Source of the DNA: Felis catus
Lineage: Eukaryota
Assembly (NCBI RefSeq): GCF_018350175.1
Contig: NC_058383.1
Span: forward strand, 27,344,001 to 27,408,000
Direction of reading: 5' to 3'
Length of the DNA: 64,000 nucleotides
Made by a program: the position numbers and the translations under genes. Positions 1 to 12,934 of this stretch are shown one piece after another. Position 1 is the stretch's first letter. Every line of letters starts with the position of its first letter. A model generated the notes under the pieces. It was not told the DNA's origin. It searched no databases and saw nothing but the letters and a program-made list of their open reading frames with translations.

Positions 1-989
1 AACTCCAGGAGGCCAGAGGATGTGCCTACATGCTCACCATTATCCGCCCAAAGCCTAGCCCAGAGCCTGACACACTGTAGACGCACACGGCATACAGCCC
101 ACAGAGACACACGGCAACAGTTGGCCTGTGTGTGCCCCTGACGCTCTGCTCAGAAAAGAGGTGGCATTTCTGATGACAAGATACATATATGTATCACCAC
201 TGCACACCCCTGTACTTTGGGGGCCCTGGGCTAGCTCCACACTCTCTCACAACTTCCCAGGAGACATTCTCAGTGTCCACATGTGAGCAAAGAGCGGGGC
301 TGTTCTCACTGTGTTTTCTTAGATTCTTTGTCCAGCCGGCATCCATGCATCACAGGGCGGATTATATTAACTGTATATTTTCATATTTTCTGTATTCTTG
401 ATGCTCTGGCATTGGGGTGCCTCCCAGAGCTGGACAATTCTCCAGTTCTTACACACGGCAAAAGGTCAGCCAGGGGTACCCCTTTCATATACAAACCAAC
501 TGATTCCTAGTCTAAACCCGCCTCCCTCCCAACCACCACTTGATCCAGCACAAGCAGAAGCCACAAGAAGGCTTTACTGACTTACTCCTCATTTATCCTC
601 ACAATAGCCTCAGGTGGTAACAACTGAAGCTAGGAGGGATGAGGAACTGCGGCCTGCAGCATCCAACTAGAAAGCCTTATCTCCTACCACATCCCCCCTC
701 ACTCACTCAGCTCTAGAGACACCAGTCTTCTTGTGGCCCTGCCCCAGGACATTTGCACAGATTGTTTCTTGTGCCTGGATTACTCTCTCCTCCCTTCTTC
801 ACCTGGCTAACTGCACTCAACCTTCACATCCCACCTTATTCATCCCCCAAGAAGCCTTCTCTGGCCCTTCTCCAGACCAAACCACCCTATTAAAAGCTCT
901 CTTATCATCAGAGCTTCTTTTTCTCTGTCACTTGTAAAAGTTACATTTTCACAGAAGAGCCATTGTTGCTGGCTCCCCACTGTATGCAC

Positions 990-1515
990 CTGTCTGCCAG
1001 ATTCAAGATGCCCACAAAATCTTTGACGTTCCGGTCATGGAGAGGTGGGGTCTTCTTCCCCCTTAAAACCGGGCTAGCCTTAGTGACTTGTTTGACCAAC
1101 AGAATGGGGCAGAAGGGGTGTTCTGGGAGCTCAGAGCCTAGGTGATAAGAAAGCTCCTGCTGGGACTCTTGGAACATTCACTCTTGGGAAGCGTCCTTTT
1201 GGAACCCGGCCATCATTCCGCGAGAAGCCTAAGCCACATGCGCTCTAGTCGACAGCTCCAGATGAGCTCCCAGCCAGCCGTCAGCGCCAGCTGCCAGCTG
1301 CATGAATGAGACACGCTGAGCATCCAGCCCAGCCAAACCTTAAGATGACTGACTGCAGCCCCGGCCCTTATCTGACTGCAACACACACAAAAAATCCAAG
1401 GGACAACCGTCCAGCTAGGCCCGGTCAGCCCACAAAACTTTAAGAGCTAATAAGTAACTGTTTAAGCCACTAAGTTTGTGAGCAATTTGTTCCACGGCAA
1501 TAGATAAGCAGGACG
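990..1515 (+). mobile_element. MLT1-like ERVL-MaLR solo LTR
   Basis: CTTAGTGACTTGTTTGACCAACAGAATG and TTTAAGCCACTAAGTTTG...GCAATAGATAA termini. Confidence 0.7.
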
Positions 1516-1970
1516 CCCTAGGATCCGCTACAATAAGTAGGTGTTCACGCCTTAGGGATACATACTTGAGGCAGCAGCGACGACTAGATACTCAGTAAGT
1601 ACATAACCGGTTGACTAAATGAAGAACGGAATGTGTCAACAAATGACAGAGGTGGGATTTGGACCAAATTACATAAATTCAAATCTCCCTTCCCTTTTCT
1701 TTTTAACCGTAACCTAATGTTCCCTTAAAAAGGAAAACATTAAAAAAAAAAATAAGATAAAATAATCAAATAAAATGAAACAAATGAAAACAAAACAAAA
1801 CATGATCTTCCTGCCTGTCATATTTGCTATAGGTTCTGGAGGAAAAGTGGAATTCTCAAACGGAGTCTTGTCGCGAGATGGTAGCCTCTGTAGCTTTCTA
1901 GCCCAGGGGAGGTTCAGAGTGAAAAAGCCAGTTTGCTTCTGTGTTGTCAGGCCCTCACCATGGTATTGCA

Positions 1971-2180
1971 CGGAGGCCAACAAACGTTTCCTGTAAAGGG
2001 TCACATAATAAATATGTCCAGCTTTGCAGGCCATGAGGTCTCTGTTCCAACTACTCAACTCTGCCTTAGGGTCAAAGCATGCACCATAGACAATATGGAA
2101 ATGAATGGGTATGGCTGTGTTCCAATAAAACTTTATTTACACAAACACAAACAGAGGGCCAGATCTGCCCCTCCCTAGTA
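1971..2180 (+). mobile_element. MER58A-like DNA transposon
   Basis: TTTCCTGTAAAGGGTCAC...CAACTACTCAACTCTGCC...GGCTGTGTTCCAATAAAACTTTATTTACA. Confidence 0.75.
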
Positions 2181-3745
2181 CACTGCATATTCCAGCCGTC
2201 CTTAAATTTAGGAGTGACCATGTTGTTTGCAGACCCAATGAAACAGGCAATGCTTCCAAAGGAAATAACTTTCAGTACACTGAATAGTGCACTGAATAGT
2301 GCACTGCAGACAGCATTTTTCACTGTATGTTAGCATGGGCAGGCAGGTTCAGATGCAAAAGATATAAGAAGAAGATACAGTAAAAAAAAATAATAATATA
2401 GAAAAAAATCTGATCCACCGACCTTTTCTCCCGTAAAGTAGGGGAGGGGAAGCCTGCTCCCTTTGATTTGAGTCTGAGATGCCTATCACCAGCTCATAAG
2501 AGCAACGTTCAATGAGAGTGGTGTTTGGAAACCATTGAGGCAGCTCTTGGCAAAGAGAAATGCCCCCTTGTAGGCCCTCAATGAACTATTTGTTAATAAA
2601 TAACTGAATCTGTGTCTATTAGAATAAGAGGAAGCCACTCGTTTCTATTGGCCCATTCAATATTAGGGCTTAGTTACTGGGTGAAGTTTATTCAAAGCAG
2701 CAAAACATTGTAAGTAATGGCTTCCTTACTCACTTGTCTTTGTAGGATCAAGCCTTTAATTTCAGAAAGTACCACCTAGGTTAGCCGAAATTGAACTTAG
2801 GTATACATAAGGCAGTGCTCCAACCATAGCTTGTACCTAGATATCAGAGTTATACAGTTAACTTTTTTTAAACTTTGTGTTTTAAAATAATTACGGACTC
2901 CATACATTTAATTTTTAAATGGCTAATGTTAATTCTCAGACAACAGAAATTTGCCATGCTATTATTAGCAGTGACAGCTCAATGCATGAAGAATTTCCGA
3001 ACTCACAGAGCACTTTTTAAAAACAGTGCGGTATCATTTTATTCTTAAACCAATTCCAGGATCAAATAGGTATAACCATTTTCATTCTATAGGCGAAGAA
3101 AGCGAGGTTCACAGTAAATACCAGTGACCTGCCCATGGACACAGCTTATAAGGGGCAGAAATGAGGCTGTAAACCACACCTTCTAGTTTTAGGGCCCTTG
3201 CATGGGAACACCTCAAAAGAACAGGGTAACTCCTCTCCAGTTATAATTGATATGCAACATCTATTTCCACTGTGCTTTGCAAAGTTTAGCACTATCCAAA
3301 AAAAATGTTAGCTTGGCTAATTATTCAGATTTTTTTTAGCGAGGGTCCAAAATGTTCAGTTGAGTGGGTGTGCGTGTTATTTGTTACACCATATTTTTAA
3401 AAGGAGGCGAATGTCCAATAGTGACCCAAGGGCTTGGCTTGGAAGCAAATTTCAATCAAAAACATCAATTTACTGCCTGAATTTGCCTCCGTTTCAATAA
3501 CTGAATCTTTCTTGATTGACTCAATAAAACCCACTTCAGATTTAAACACCAGGGTGGGAGGTGAGCTGGTCCAAGCCAGATGGCCTTTTCTTTGGGATCT
3601 CACCAAACAGAAGCCAGCTGCTTTCCTGACCGTGCCCTGACACCACCACGGTCCCTCCCCCATACAATGTCCCTCCCCCAGGAGCTGTGCCCACCCTGGG
3701 GCTATTTTCACTTTGCAAGTTGGTTTACCCTATTAGAGCAAGCTT

Positions 3746-3762
3746 GCTTGCTTGCTTGCTTG

Positions 3763-3793
<31 letters not shown>

Positions 3794-4024
3794 TTAATTT
3801 ATTTTTGAGACACACACACACACACACACACACCCACACACACACACACACACAGAGTGTGAGCGGGGGAGGGGCACAGAGAGAGGGAGACACAGAATCC
3901 AAAGCAGGCTCCAGGCTCTGAACTGTCAGCACAGAGCCCGACATGGGGCTCGAACCCATGAACGGTGAGATCTTGACCTGAGCTGAAGTCAGACACTTAA
4001 CTGACTGAGCCACCCAAGTGCCCC
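3746..4024 (-). mobile_element. SINEC (felid) with microsatellite-converted tail and internal (CA)n
   Basis: Reverse-complement head GGGGCACTTGGGTGGCTCAGTC; TSD-like AGAGCAA(G/C)CTT at 3735-3745 and 4025-4035. Confidence 0.9.
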
Positions 4025-4257
4025 AGAGCAACCTTTCAGATCAAATATTAGGGTCCCATGAAGAGTCTGCAGTGAATTAAGAACTGCACATATATTTTTA
4101 TCTTAAAACAATACACCCGTGCCTTGCCTCTCACTGTTCTTTAGATGGGAGGCAAAGAGGAGCTCAAACCAGAAAATTCCTTGTGGGGCTCCTGAAAAAT
4201 CTGCCCATGAAGGTGAGCTCCTTCACCTAAATCTGCTCCACCCCCAGCCATGAAGGT

Positions 4258-4817
4258 GTGGCTGGCTGTATTCTCCAGAGAGCACTGCAACGACGTCACC
4301 CAACCCACATGTTCTTCTGCATCGTGACTTTGCCGCACACACCCGTCCCCCTCATCCCAACGAGGGGTGGGGTCTCTTTTTCCAGCCCCTGGAATCTGGG
4401 CGGGCCCTGTGACCGCTTTGAGCAACGGCACACGGCAGGAGTGATGCCGTGCCAGTTCCAGTCGGAGCCCTCCACTTCCTGCCTCCTGGAGGCCAGCTGC
4501 CACCCTGGAAGTGTTGCTGCCCTGAGACCATCCTGCCATGAGAAAATCAAGTCACAGCCAAAGGCTCTGAAGACAAGATGCCACATGGAGAGAGAAGGAG
4601 CTCAGGAAGGAACAAGAGGGCAAACATATGGATGAAGAAATCATTCTAGAAACGGATCGCCCAGCCCCAGCTGCTGCCGCACGGAGCAGAAACGAACCGC
4701 CCAGCAGAGCTCTTCCTGAAATCCTGACCCTGACAAAACCAGCAACCAAATAAAATGGCGGTTTCAAGCCATCAGGTTTTGAGACAGTTTGTTTTACGAT
4801 AATAAAGAACTGATACG
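4258..4817 (+). mobile_element. MLT1-like ERVL-MaLR solo LTR
   Basis: AATAAAATGGCGGTTTCAAGCCATCAGGTTTTG...AATAAAGAACTGATAC 3' end. Confidence 0.65.
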
Positions 4818-6083
4818 TGTATTTTTTGTTTTTATTGAAACGTAAGGTAGCTGTCATTTGAGGCCCTGTCGATGGCTCCATGGTCTGTGGACTGCAAAGT
4901 ACAGGCCCAATCCAGCCAGTGGCCCTCACGTCTTGCCCGGGTAGGCCGGCACTTCCCTACAGGGATGCTTTCTCTAGTCTTCCTCTAAGGGGGGCGGGGG
5001 GGGGGTACTTTATCATACCCACAAGGTTCCATATAGACTAGCAGTGACCCCAAGCTCAGTTACCCAGATGTGAGACCTCAATGCTGGAAAGCTAAGACTT
5101 TCAAGGAAAAGTGGGATCGCCACAGCCAACCACAGTCATCTTCCCTGCCGGTGATCTGGCTGGGCTTCCCAGGTCTTCCTGGTCCCCCCTTCTTCCGTCC
5201 CCAAGCTCCACCCCCCAACTGCAGGCCGCCGTCCTCCTGCCCATCGGGGCTGCTTACTCAGGGGTGGTGCCTGTTGACGGACACCCCGCAGAACCTCCCA
5301 CCTCAGGACAGAAGGCCATCGCTGAGGTAGCTCAAGGGCAGCGGAGTCTGCTCGCTGTGGCCCTTCCCCAGGGGCTGGCAGCTGGGCTCATTCAGAACCC
5401 ATGACCACGATTTTTTCCTCCAAGGCCCTTCGGTGAGGACTGAATACTAATGAATCTCCACTACAGAGAAGGGGTCTCCTGCTGCCCTGGCTGCTGGGCA
5501 GTGGGGACAGTCACTTGCCTGGGCTTTCGTGTGGGAGTCCACACTGATTACGGTTATCTCACGGAATGACGAAGGGCTCTCTGTGCCATGCGGCGGAGCC
5601 CCAGGAACAACCCTCACAGTGTGAGCGAGTCTGACGCCCCCATCCACGGGACTCGACATGTCGGTGGCTGAAGCTGTCTTTGCCTCCCGAGAAGGGGCAG
5701 GAAGTCTGACTGGCCTCAGTCTTACCATTTATGCCTGTCCCGAGAACCTTTAAATCCGTCCGTCCGATCCAGGGGATGTCTGGACATCATTCTCCCTTTC
5801 TGTCCTCTGAGAAGTGGGTGCACATCGCTTGGGACTTTAGAGCCAGAAAGATCCGTGTTCAAATCCAGACTCTGCTGGTTCTTAGCCGCGTGACTTTGGG
5901 TGAGATGCTAAATTTCTCTGGGTCTCTGTTTCCTCGCCTACAAAACAGAGGCAACAACACCTCTAGCAAACCCACAAGTGCTGAAGAGGATAAGGCCGAA
6001 GGCACTAGAAACGACAGCACACAGGTTCTCCCGTGTGGTTCGTGAATAAACTTTTCTGAAAAAACTTTAACGGTTATTTATTT

Positions 6084-6299
6084 TTTTAACTTTATTTTTT
6101 TTAATGTTTATTTTTGAAACAATGCGAGAGACAGAGTGCAAGCAAGGGAGGGGCAGAGAGAGAGGGAGACACAGAATCGGAAGCAGGGTCCAGGCTCTGA
6201 GCGGTCAGCCCAGAGCCCGACGCGGGGCTCAAACTCACGAACTGCGAGATCGTGACCTGAGCCAAAGCCGGACGCTCAACCGAGCCACTCAGGCGCCCC
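6084..6299 (-). mobile_element. SINEC_Fc-type SINE
   Basis: Full SINE body; 16-bp TSD TAAC(G/A)GTTATTTATTT at 6068-6083 and 6300-6315. Confidence 0.92.
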
Positions 6300-6426
6300 T
6301 AACAGTTATTTATTTACTTTGATATATTTAAGAAGAAAATGGGCTTCATTCATACTATGACATTATGGATAGCAGAGCTTAAGGCTGAGCCCGAGTAAAT
6401 AGTGAGCACATTTAAAGAAAAATGTT

Positions 6427-6888
6427 GGGGCGCCTGGGTGGCTCAGTCAGTTGAGTGTCTGATTTCGGGGGCGCCTGGGTGGCGCAGTCGGTTAAGCGTC
6501 CGACTTCAGCCAGGTCACGATCTCGCGGTCCGTGAGTTTGAGCCCCGCATCAGGCTCTGGGCTGATGGCTCAGAGCCTGGAGCCTGTTTCCGATTCTGTG
6601 TCTCCCTCTCTCTCTGCCCCTCCCCCGTTCATGCTCTGTCTCTCTCTGTCCCCCCAAAAATAAATAAACGTTGAAAAAAAAAATAAAAAAAAAAAAAAAA
6701 GAGTGTCTGATTTCGGCTCAGGTCATGATCTCACAGCTCGTGAGCTCCTGTCCTGCATTGAGCTTTCTGCTGTCATTATGAAGTCTGCTTTGGATCGATC
6801 CTCTGTCTACCTCTCTCTCTGCACCTCCCCCACTCACATACTCTCTCTTAAAAATAAAAAAAAAAACATTAAAAAACATAAAGAATAC
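6427..6888 (+). mobile_element. Older SINEC interrupted by a younger nested SINEC_Fc (6468-6700)
   Basis: Outer head 6427-6467, complete inner element with long A-tail, outer body resumes after the TSD. TSD GAGTGTCTGATTTCG at 6453-6467 and 6701-6715. Confidence 0.92.
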
Positions 6889-8310
6889 TAAGTAACTATT
6901 GGCAGGAAGAGTGTAACGTGGATGTTACAGCATCCGCCATGTGCACACATAGTATGTGTGCACCCCATCAGCACCCCAGGGCCTGTTAGTGCTGACGAAG
7001 GTCTGCTTCCTTCTGCTGTGGCTTGCCTGTCACAGCAGCCCCAAGTCTTGTGACAGCATCAGCCTCTACCCTTGAACTTGGCTCTGGCCTCATTAGGGCT
7101 TGGCCAAGGCTTAGAAGTTGGAGGCAGAGTCCCCGAAGTCTCAGGCATTCTTCCCCTCTCCAGGGTGACGAGCAAGAACAGTCTTTGGCTTTGCAAATCA
7201 CAAATTCCCTTTAAGCGCCTCGTCAACAGCAGGGCTGGCCCACCTCAATAAAATTTTATTCGGGGCTTGCAATTCCCCACTCTTCCATGCCATCTGCTGC
7301 CCTTTCTCTGTGTGCTTAACTCCCTGCTGACAACCGATGGGTTTTAGGTGTACGCACAAGGGCAGGGTGACAGCCAGGGAAGGCCGCTCATGAGCATCGT
7401 CTGTATATTTTGAGAGCCAAGACCTACCAATTACATAGGATGTCGGGTAGCTCGCCTGCAAATGTCGGCCAACTCTAGATGACTGGGGCCAGGTCAACTG
7501 AGAAGCCAGATCCATGGACTACGAATTTTTAAGCTTCTGGAGCAACAGAACCGCTGAGTTCACAGAAACCAAAGCCCACATTTAAATGCAGGGCCCAATT
7601 CCATATTTCAGAGAAAGACCTTTGTCAATTGTTCACAAGAACTCATCCAACCGGACTCTCAACTTATACCTGTTGCTGTTCGTCTGACCTGCAGTGACGT
7701 CTGGACTGGTTTTACTCAGCAGCCCCGAATGGCTTTTCCTTCCCGCGGCACACAGCCACACGGGTGCCTGCCACCAAGCCGTTGCTCAGGCTGTTCCTGT
7801 GCATGAATGCTCTTCCAGGCTGCCTCTCTACCCAGAGAGCCTAAATGTCCCCTTCACGCTCGGCTCAGACACTGCTTGCTCCAAGAAGCCACCGCTGACC
7901 ACCTAAGAGTTAATACCCCACTATGGAGAGCCACTTATCCATCCCATCTGGCCCATCACGTCGAACCATAACCTGCTCCCATGAGCATCTACGTATTTGT
8001 CCGTGAGCTCCGTTTCCAATGTTCCATATGAGGCCAGGGGCAGAGTAAGTGAGCCATACATGTCTGGAGAATAAACGAATGCAGGAATCCCACAGTGACA
8101 GTATCCATCCATTGAACAAACATTTGCTGAGTGCGCACTGTGTGCGAGGCACTAAGGATACCAACTAAACAGGAAGGAAGGGCACATTCCTGCCTTCGTT
8201 GGGTTTACGTTGTAGATACAAAGAGACAAAATTATACACAAATAAACAAGATGATTTCATGTAGTGATAAATGTTATGACAACAATTCTTAAAAAGGTAG
8301 TAGAGTAGAG

Positions 8311-8525
8311 CAGGGATCAGCCAACTACAGCCTGTGTGGGTCAAATCCAGCTGGCCATCTGTTTTTGTAAGTAGAGTGTTAGCAAAACAATACCCCCATT
8401 TATTTACATGTTGCCTGTGAAAGCTTTTGCACAACAATGACAGAGTTGAGTAGTTGCCACAGAGACCATATGGTCCTCAAGCCTAAGATACTTACTATCT
8501 GGTCTTTGACAGAAAAAGATTTGCA
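8311..8525 (-). mobile_element. MER58A-like DNA transposon within an L2-like remnant
   Basis: Reverse complement of the same MER58 core (ACAGAGTTGAGTAGTTG, TCTTTGACAGAAAAAG). Confidence 0.7.
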
Positions 8526-11005
8526 TAGAAAGAGATGCAGGGAGAGGGAGACTTTAGTAGGTGAACAGGAAAGCCCCCCTGAGAAGACAGATGTTAGAAT
8601 GAAGACCAGAATGAGAAGAAGGCATCCGCCAAGCAAATACCGGGGCAGGGGGGAGTCCGAGGCAGCAAGAACAGCAAGTGCAAAGGCCCTGAGGTAAGAC
8701 TGGGCTTGGTGTATTCCAGAGACAGAAGGCTAGTGAGGCGCCATCAGCTATCGACTGGTATAAGACAACCCCACGGTAGGCAGAGGTGATGAGAAACCCC
8801 ACAGGCTGGGGTAAGGGCTTCTTGCTAAGACTTGTGAACAATTCTGAAAGTCAGCGAGAGTGTCTGGGGTTTTGGCAACAAGTGACAAGACGGTGACTAT
8901 GAAAGAGGAGGGGACAGCACCATCATGGTGGACGATGGAACCCAAAATGCTGACAACTTGGCTCACGACTTCTTTCCCACTGAGAACAAAGTCTCCTTGT
9001 CAGGGGAACCAGTTCCGTGTCAACCCCCCGCCCCCCAACATTCAGGGCTGTTCCAACTGCTTAGGAAAGATGTTTCCAGAATAGTGGAACCAGCGGGCCA
9101 AACAAGCATCTCACCCACACTGCTATTTTTATTTAAAAGGCTCACGGTTTCTTTTCTTAATTTGTGTTTTGAGAGTGAACTTTTAGTTCACTCTAAAACC
9201 ACAGGTTTTATATAGCAGTTATATGTATTTCCTTTAAATACAAGAAATACACTTAAAAAAAAATGTTCGCCTGTCTACCACCTGCCTCCCAGTTACACTT
9301 TGGGAACCCACGGCTTAGGCATAGACCTGCAGAACTTCACTGATGCTCCAGCTCCCCACATCACAACATAGGGCGGTGGCTTCAGAGGGGGCCGTGCAAT
9401 CACAGGGCAGTGCAGGGGACACGGCCCAAGTCCTGGAGTCGCACGCAGCTCAAACACGACCCTGCCCCTTACCAGCCGTATGCTCTTGGCCAGGTCAAAC
9501 CTTGAGAGCCTCAGACTTCTCATCTGTAGAATGGAGCCGGGCCACACAGTTGTTGTAGGAATTAGGAGATGTGCACGGTGTGGCCTAACACCTGACACCT
9601 AGTAGACGCTCTCAATAAATGACCGCAGCTATGACAACAGATACAGAATTATTTATGGTTACAATTATGATCATCCAACGGCCTTTCTGTTCTCGCAAAG
9701 TGCGAACAACCCCTCTGGTCACCGATGTGTCTGAGCTTCTGAGACATCTGCGGCCCCCCGCCCGCCCACCGCCCATTTGCTGTAGACAGAGCAATAGTTT
9801 TGGGGACCTGTAGACAGAGCAGTAGTTTTCCACTGGGTTTGCCAAAGTAGGTCTCCTTTTTCTTGCTTTCCTTTTATTTTTTGTTTCCAAAAGACTCCTG
9901 ATTAACAATCGTTCAGAGGGGAGGAGGAAAGAAATTACTGCAATGTTCCTTGTTCTGGTCCCTGCTGGGTTGGGAGGCTGCTATTTCAGACTCAATCAGC
10001 TACCTGCAGGGTCACTGGATGAAATTCCTCCCCACAGGGATCAGGAGGAAGTGGCCCCATTGGGACGCTTCCACTGGTGACCCGTGGCCTGAAAACCCCA
10101 ACCGCTCAGAAGTCCCCAGGGACCTCAACCTCAGCCAGGACGGGAGCCCAATTTCTTTAAGAAACCCCCTCGTAGAAAAGCGGGGTCTCACACTGGCTCT
10201 GCAGGAAAAAGTGCAGCCTCCGTCCTTAGAAAGCAATTACATTCAAGTTGTGAGCATCAAACACGTCCTTAACTGGAGGTAATCCGAACTTCGCTTTGAA
10301 CCCCCTCTGCACGAGCAGGCTTACGTCTCTACTGCTTAATTCAGAAAATCACTGAAAGTGGTCTTTCTTCCCTTGGCACAAAGCGAGGGGAGAGGAAGCT
10401 AGCTCGTTGGCAATGCAGCCGCTGGGTCAGGAGAGCTCAGCCGCTGGTGGACAGGAAGCCGCACACGCTGCTCTCCTCCATGCAAGGCTTGTCGGGTGGG
10501 TCCTCTGAGCCTGTCGCTGGCTTCTAGGGCCAGGCCACTTTGGTGCAAAACAAAGATGGGGGTGCCTGGTTTAAAAGCGGTGAGGAATTTCAAGAAGGTG
10601 ATGGCAGAGCATGAAAGCCAATCCTGCCAGCTTCCTCCCTTTCTGGGGTGCCTCCCGTGACCACTTTCCCTAGGTTTTCCCAGCGGGACCAGATCCTGGG
10701 ATTCCACAAAGGGTTGGTTTTTTTTCTTCTTCTTCTAATTTGTGAGTGTCTACGCAAAGTCCTTACAAAGGAATAATATGGCCTTCCAGTTTCACCGACA
10801 GTGAATCCTCTTGCTTACAAAGAACAGGATGACATGAAACAGAGCTCACCCAGAACAATCTTCATATCAGCACGATGGTATCTGAGAAATCAGGGAGCCT
10901 CAGAGCTTTCCAGCCCGTGGACCAGAAACCCAAAGCCTAAGTTTGTTCTGGTTTCTGTCACTTCATGCTACCAAGGCAGGATGCAAAGATAGGGGCGCCT
11001 ATATA

Positions 11006-11228
11006 GGGGCGCCTGGGTGGCTCAGTCAGTTAAGCATCCGACTTCGGCTCAGGTCATGATCTCACAGCCCGTGAGTTCAAGCCCCACGTCGGGCTCTGTG
11101 CTGACAGCTCAGAGCCTGGAGCCCGTTTCAGATTCTGTGTCTCCCTCTCTCTCTGCCCCTCCCCTGTTCATGCTCTGTCTCTCTCTGTCTCAAAAATAAA
11201 TAAACGTTAAAAAAAATTTTTTAAAAAA
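11006..11228 (+). mobile_element. SINEC_Fc-type SINE
   Basis: GGGGCGCCTGGGTGGCTCAGTC head, CT-rich region, AATAAA and A tail. Confidence 0.92.
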
Positions 11229-11229
11229 G

Positions 11230-11447
11230 TATATAATACTGTACTGTATATTTGGAAGTTGCTAAGAGAGTAGACCTTAAAAGTTCTCAGAACAACTTCT
11301 TTTTTTTTTTTTATAATGATGTGTAGTGATAGATGTAACCAGATTTACTAGGAACACTCTGCAATCTATAAACATATTGAATCATTACGCTATATGACTG
11401 TAAGTAATATAATGCTTTGTGTCAATTACATCTCAATTAAAAAAAAG
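11230..11447 (+). mobile_element. Old L1 3' UTR fragment
   Basis: AAGTTGCTAAGAGAGTAGACCTTAAAAGTTCTCA ... GTCAATTACATCTCAATTAAAAAAA, typical of L1MA/L1_Carn 3' ends. Confidence 0.75.
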
Positions 11448-11613
11448 ATGTAGAATGGCCCAAAGTGTATAAATAAGGTAAAATGAAAAAAGTGCAATAA
11501 GAAAAAGCTGGCAAAACTTTAAAAAATACAAATAATAAGTAAATAATAATGCCAGTAATTAATAAATATAATAAGTAAATAAAAATAAAGTAAAATTAAA
11601 GCCTTCTGCAGAG

Positions 11614-11849
11614 CAGGGGTCAGCAAACTTTTTTCTGTAAAGGCCCAGGAAGTAAACATTTTCGGCTCTGCAACCCATAAGGTCTCCGTCAGTCTCCTCA
11701 ACTCCACAGTCTGTGCCAAGTAGCCACAGACAGACAATACGGAATGAATGGATGTGGCAGTGTTCTAATAGAACTTTTTTTTTTTTTTTTAAAGAAAAAC
11801 TTGCACCTGGCCAGATTCAGTCCAAGGGCCTTAATTTGGCTGACTCCAG
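11614..11849 (+). mobile_element. MER58A-like hAT-Charlie DNA transposon
   Basis: CAGGGGTCAGCAAACTTTTTTCTGTAAAGGCCCAG start and GGATGTGGCAGTGTTCTAATAGAAC core. Confidence 0.75.
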
Positions 11850-11882
11850 ACTCAGGGCAGCACTTTTCTCCCTCCCTCTCTC

Positions 11883-12102
11883 TTTTTTAAAGTTTGCTTG
11901 TTTTGTGTGAGAGAGAGAGAGGGCATGTGCACGCACATGAGCAAGGGAGGGGCAGAGAGAGAGGGAGAGAGAGAATCCCAAGCAGGCTCCACCAACGGCA
12001 GCACGGAGCCCGACATGGGGCTCCATCCCACGACCTTGGGACCACGACCTGAGCCAAAACCAAGAGTTGGGTGCTTCACTTACAGAGCCTCCCAGGTGCC
12101 CC
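11883..12102 (-). mobile_element. SINEC (older subfamily)
   Basis: GAGAATCCCAAGCAGGCTCC ... CCCAGGTGCCCC. Confidence 0.85.
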
Positions 12103-12106
12103 GTGG

Positions 12107-12268
12107 CAGTGCATCTGAAACTTCGGTGCACATATACGTCACCCGGGAATCTTGTTAAAATGAAATTCTGACTCTAGAGGTTTGGGATGAGGTCTGAGAC
12201 TCCCTCCACATTTCCAACATGCTACCAGGGGATACTGAGGCAGCTGACCCGAGGACCACGCTTTGAGT
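12107..12268. mobile_element. MER5A-like hAT DNA transposon
   Basis: TCACCCGGGAATCTTGTTAAAATG..ATTCTGA ... GGACCACGCTTTGAG. Confidence 0.65.
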
Positions 12269-12934
12269 CGCAAGGAGAGAGTACCCAAAAGAGAAAAGAA
12301 GGAGCACTTACCAAAGAACCCAAATTTTGAGAAGTGCTTAGCAGAACGCGGTACAGAAAAGCAATTCATTTTCTCGTGACCAAGGAACAGAGTTCTGCGA
12401 TTTAAGTCCACCTTCAAGAGGAGAATACCATGTCATTGGAGATCAAGGATGGAGTGAACAATCATTATCAGAAAGCAGAAAGCTACACAGTTTTTAAGCA
12501 CTGCTGTGCATTTTCTGGCAGCAGTTAACAGCGACATATACCAATCAATGCAGGTAAATGAATCCATTCGAAGGCAGGCCACGGATGGTAAATCACATTG
12601 TCCACTAAAGTTGCTAAATTAGCAACAGCGCGACACAGAACATTTTTTTTTTTTTTTTTAATAAAAGCGAATCCTCTCTGGAATGAGATGGACTGCAGGG
12701 GAGCGTGGCCAGCAAGGCTGGAGTGGGGGAGGAGAGAGGGGGCTAGTGACAGAGCTTCTGGGCCGGGAGCTCTGCCCCACGCCGAGGAAGCTTATGTGGA
12801 AACTGGGATCAAGGCTCTTCTAGAATGTTGTCAAGATCCCAGTGAGGGCCAGGTTCCCACAGGCAGGTAGCAATTTTCGGATTTTTACATGCGGTGGTTT
12901 CTGACCCACGTCACCATCCAGCTCAGAGCAAGAC

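Noticed and set aside
6427..6550. tRNA-like A/B box sequences here and at other SINE heads
   Set aside because: They are heads of tRNA-derived SINEC elements, not tRNA genes.
11017..11199. Recurrent 60-100 aa ORFs (MAQSVK..TSAQVMIS.., ..EPGACFRFCVSLSL..) suggesting a gene family
   Set aside because: All are translations of SINEC copies.
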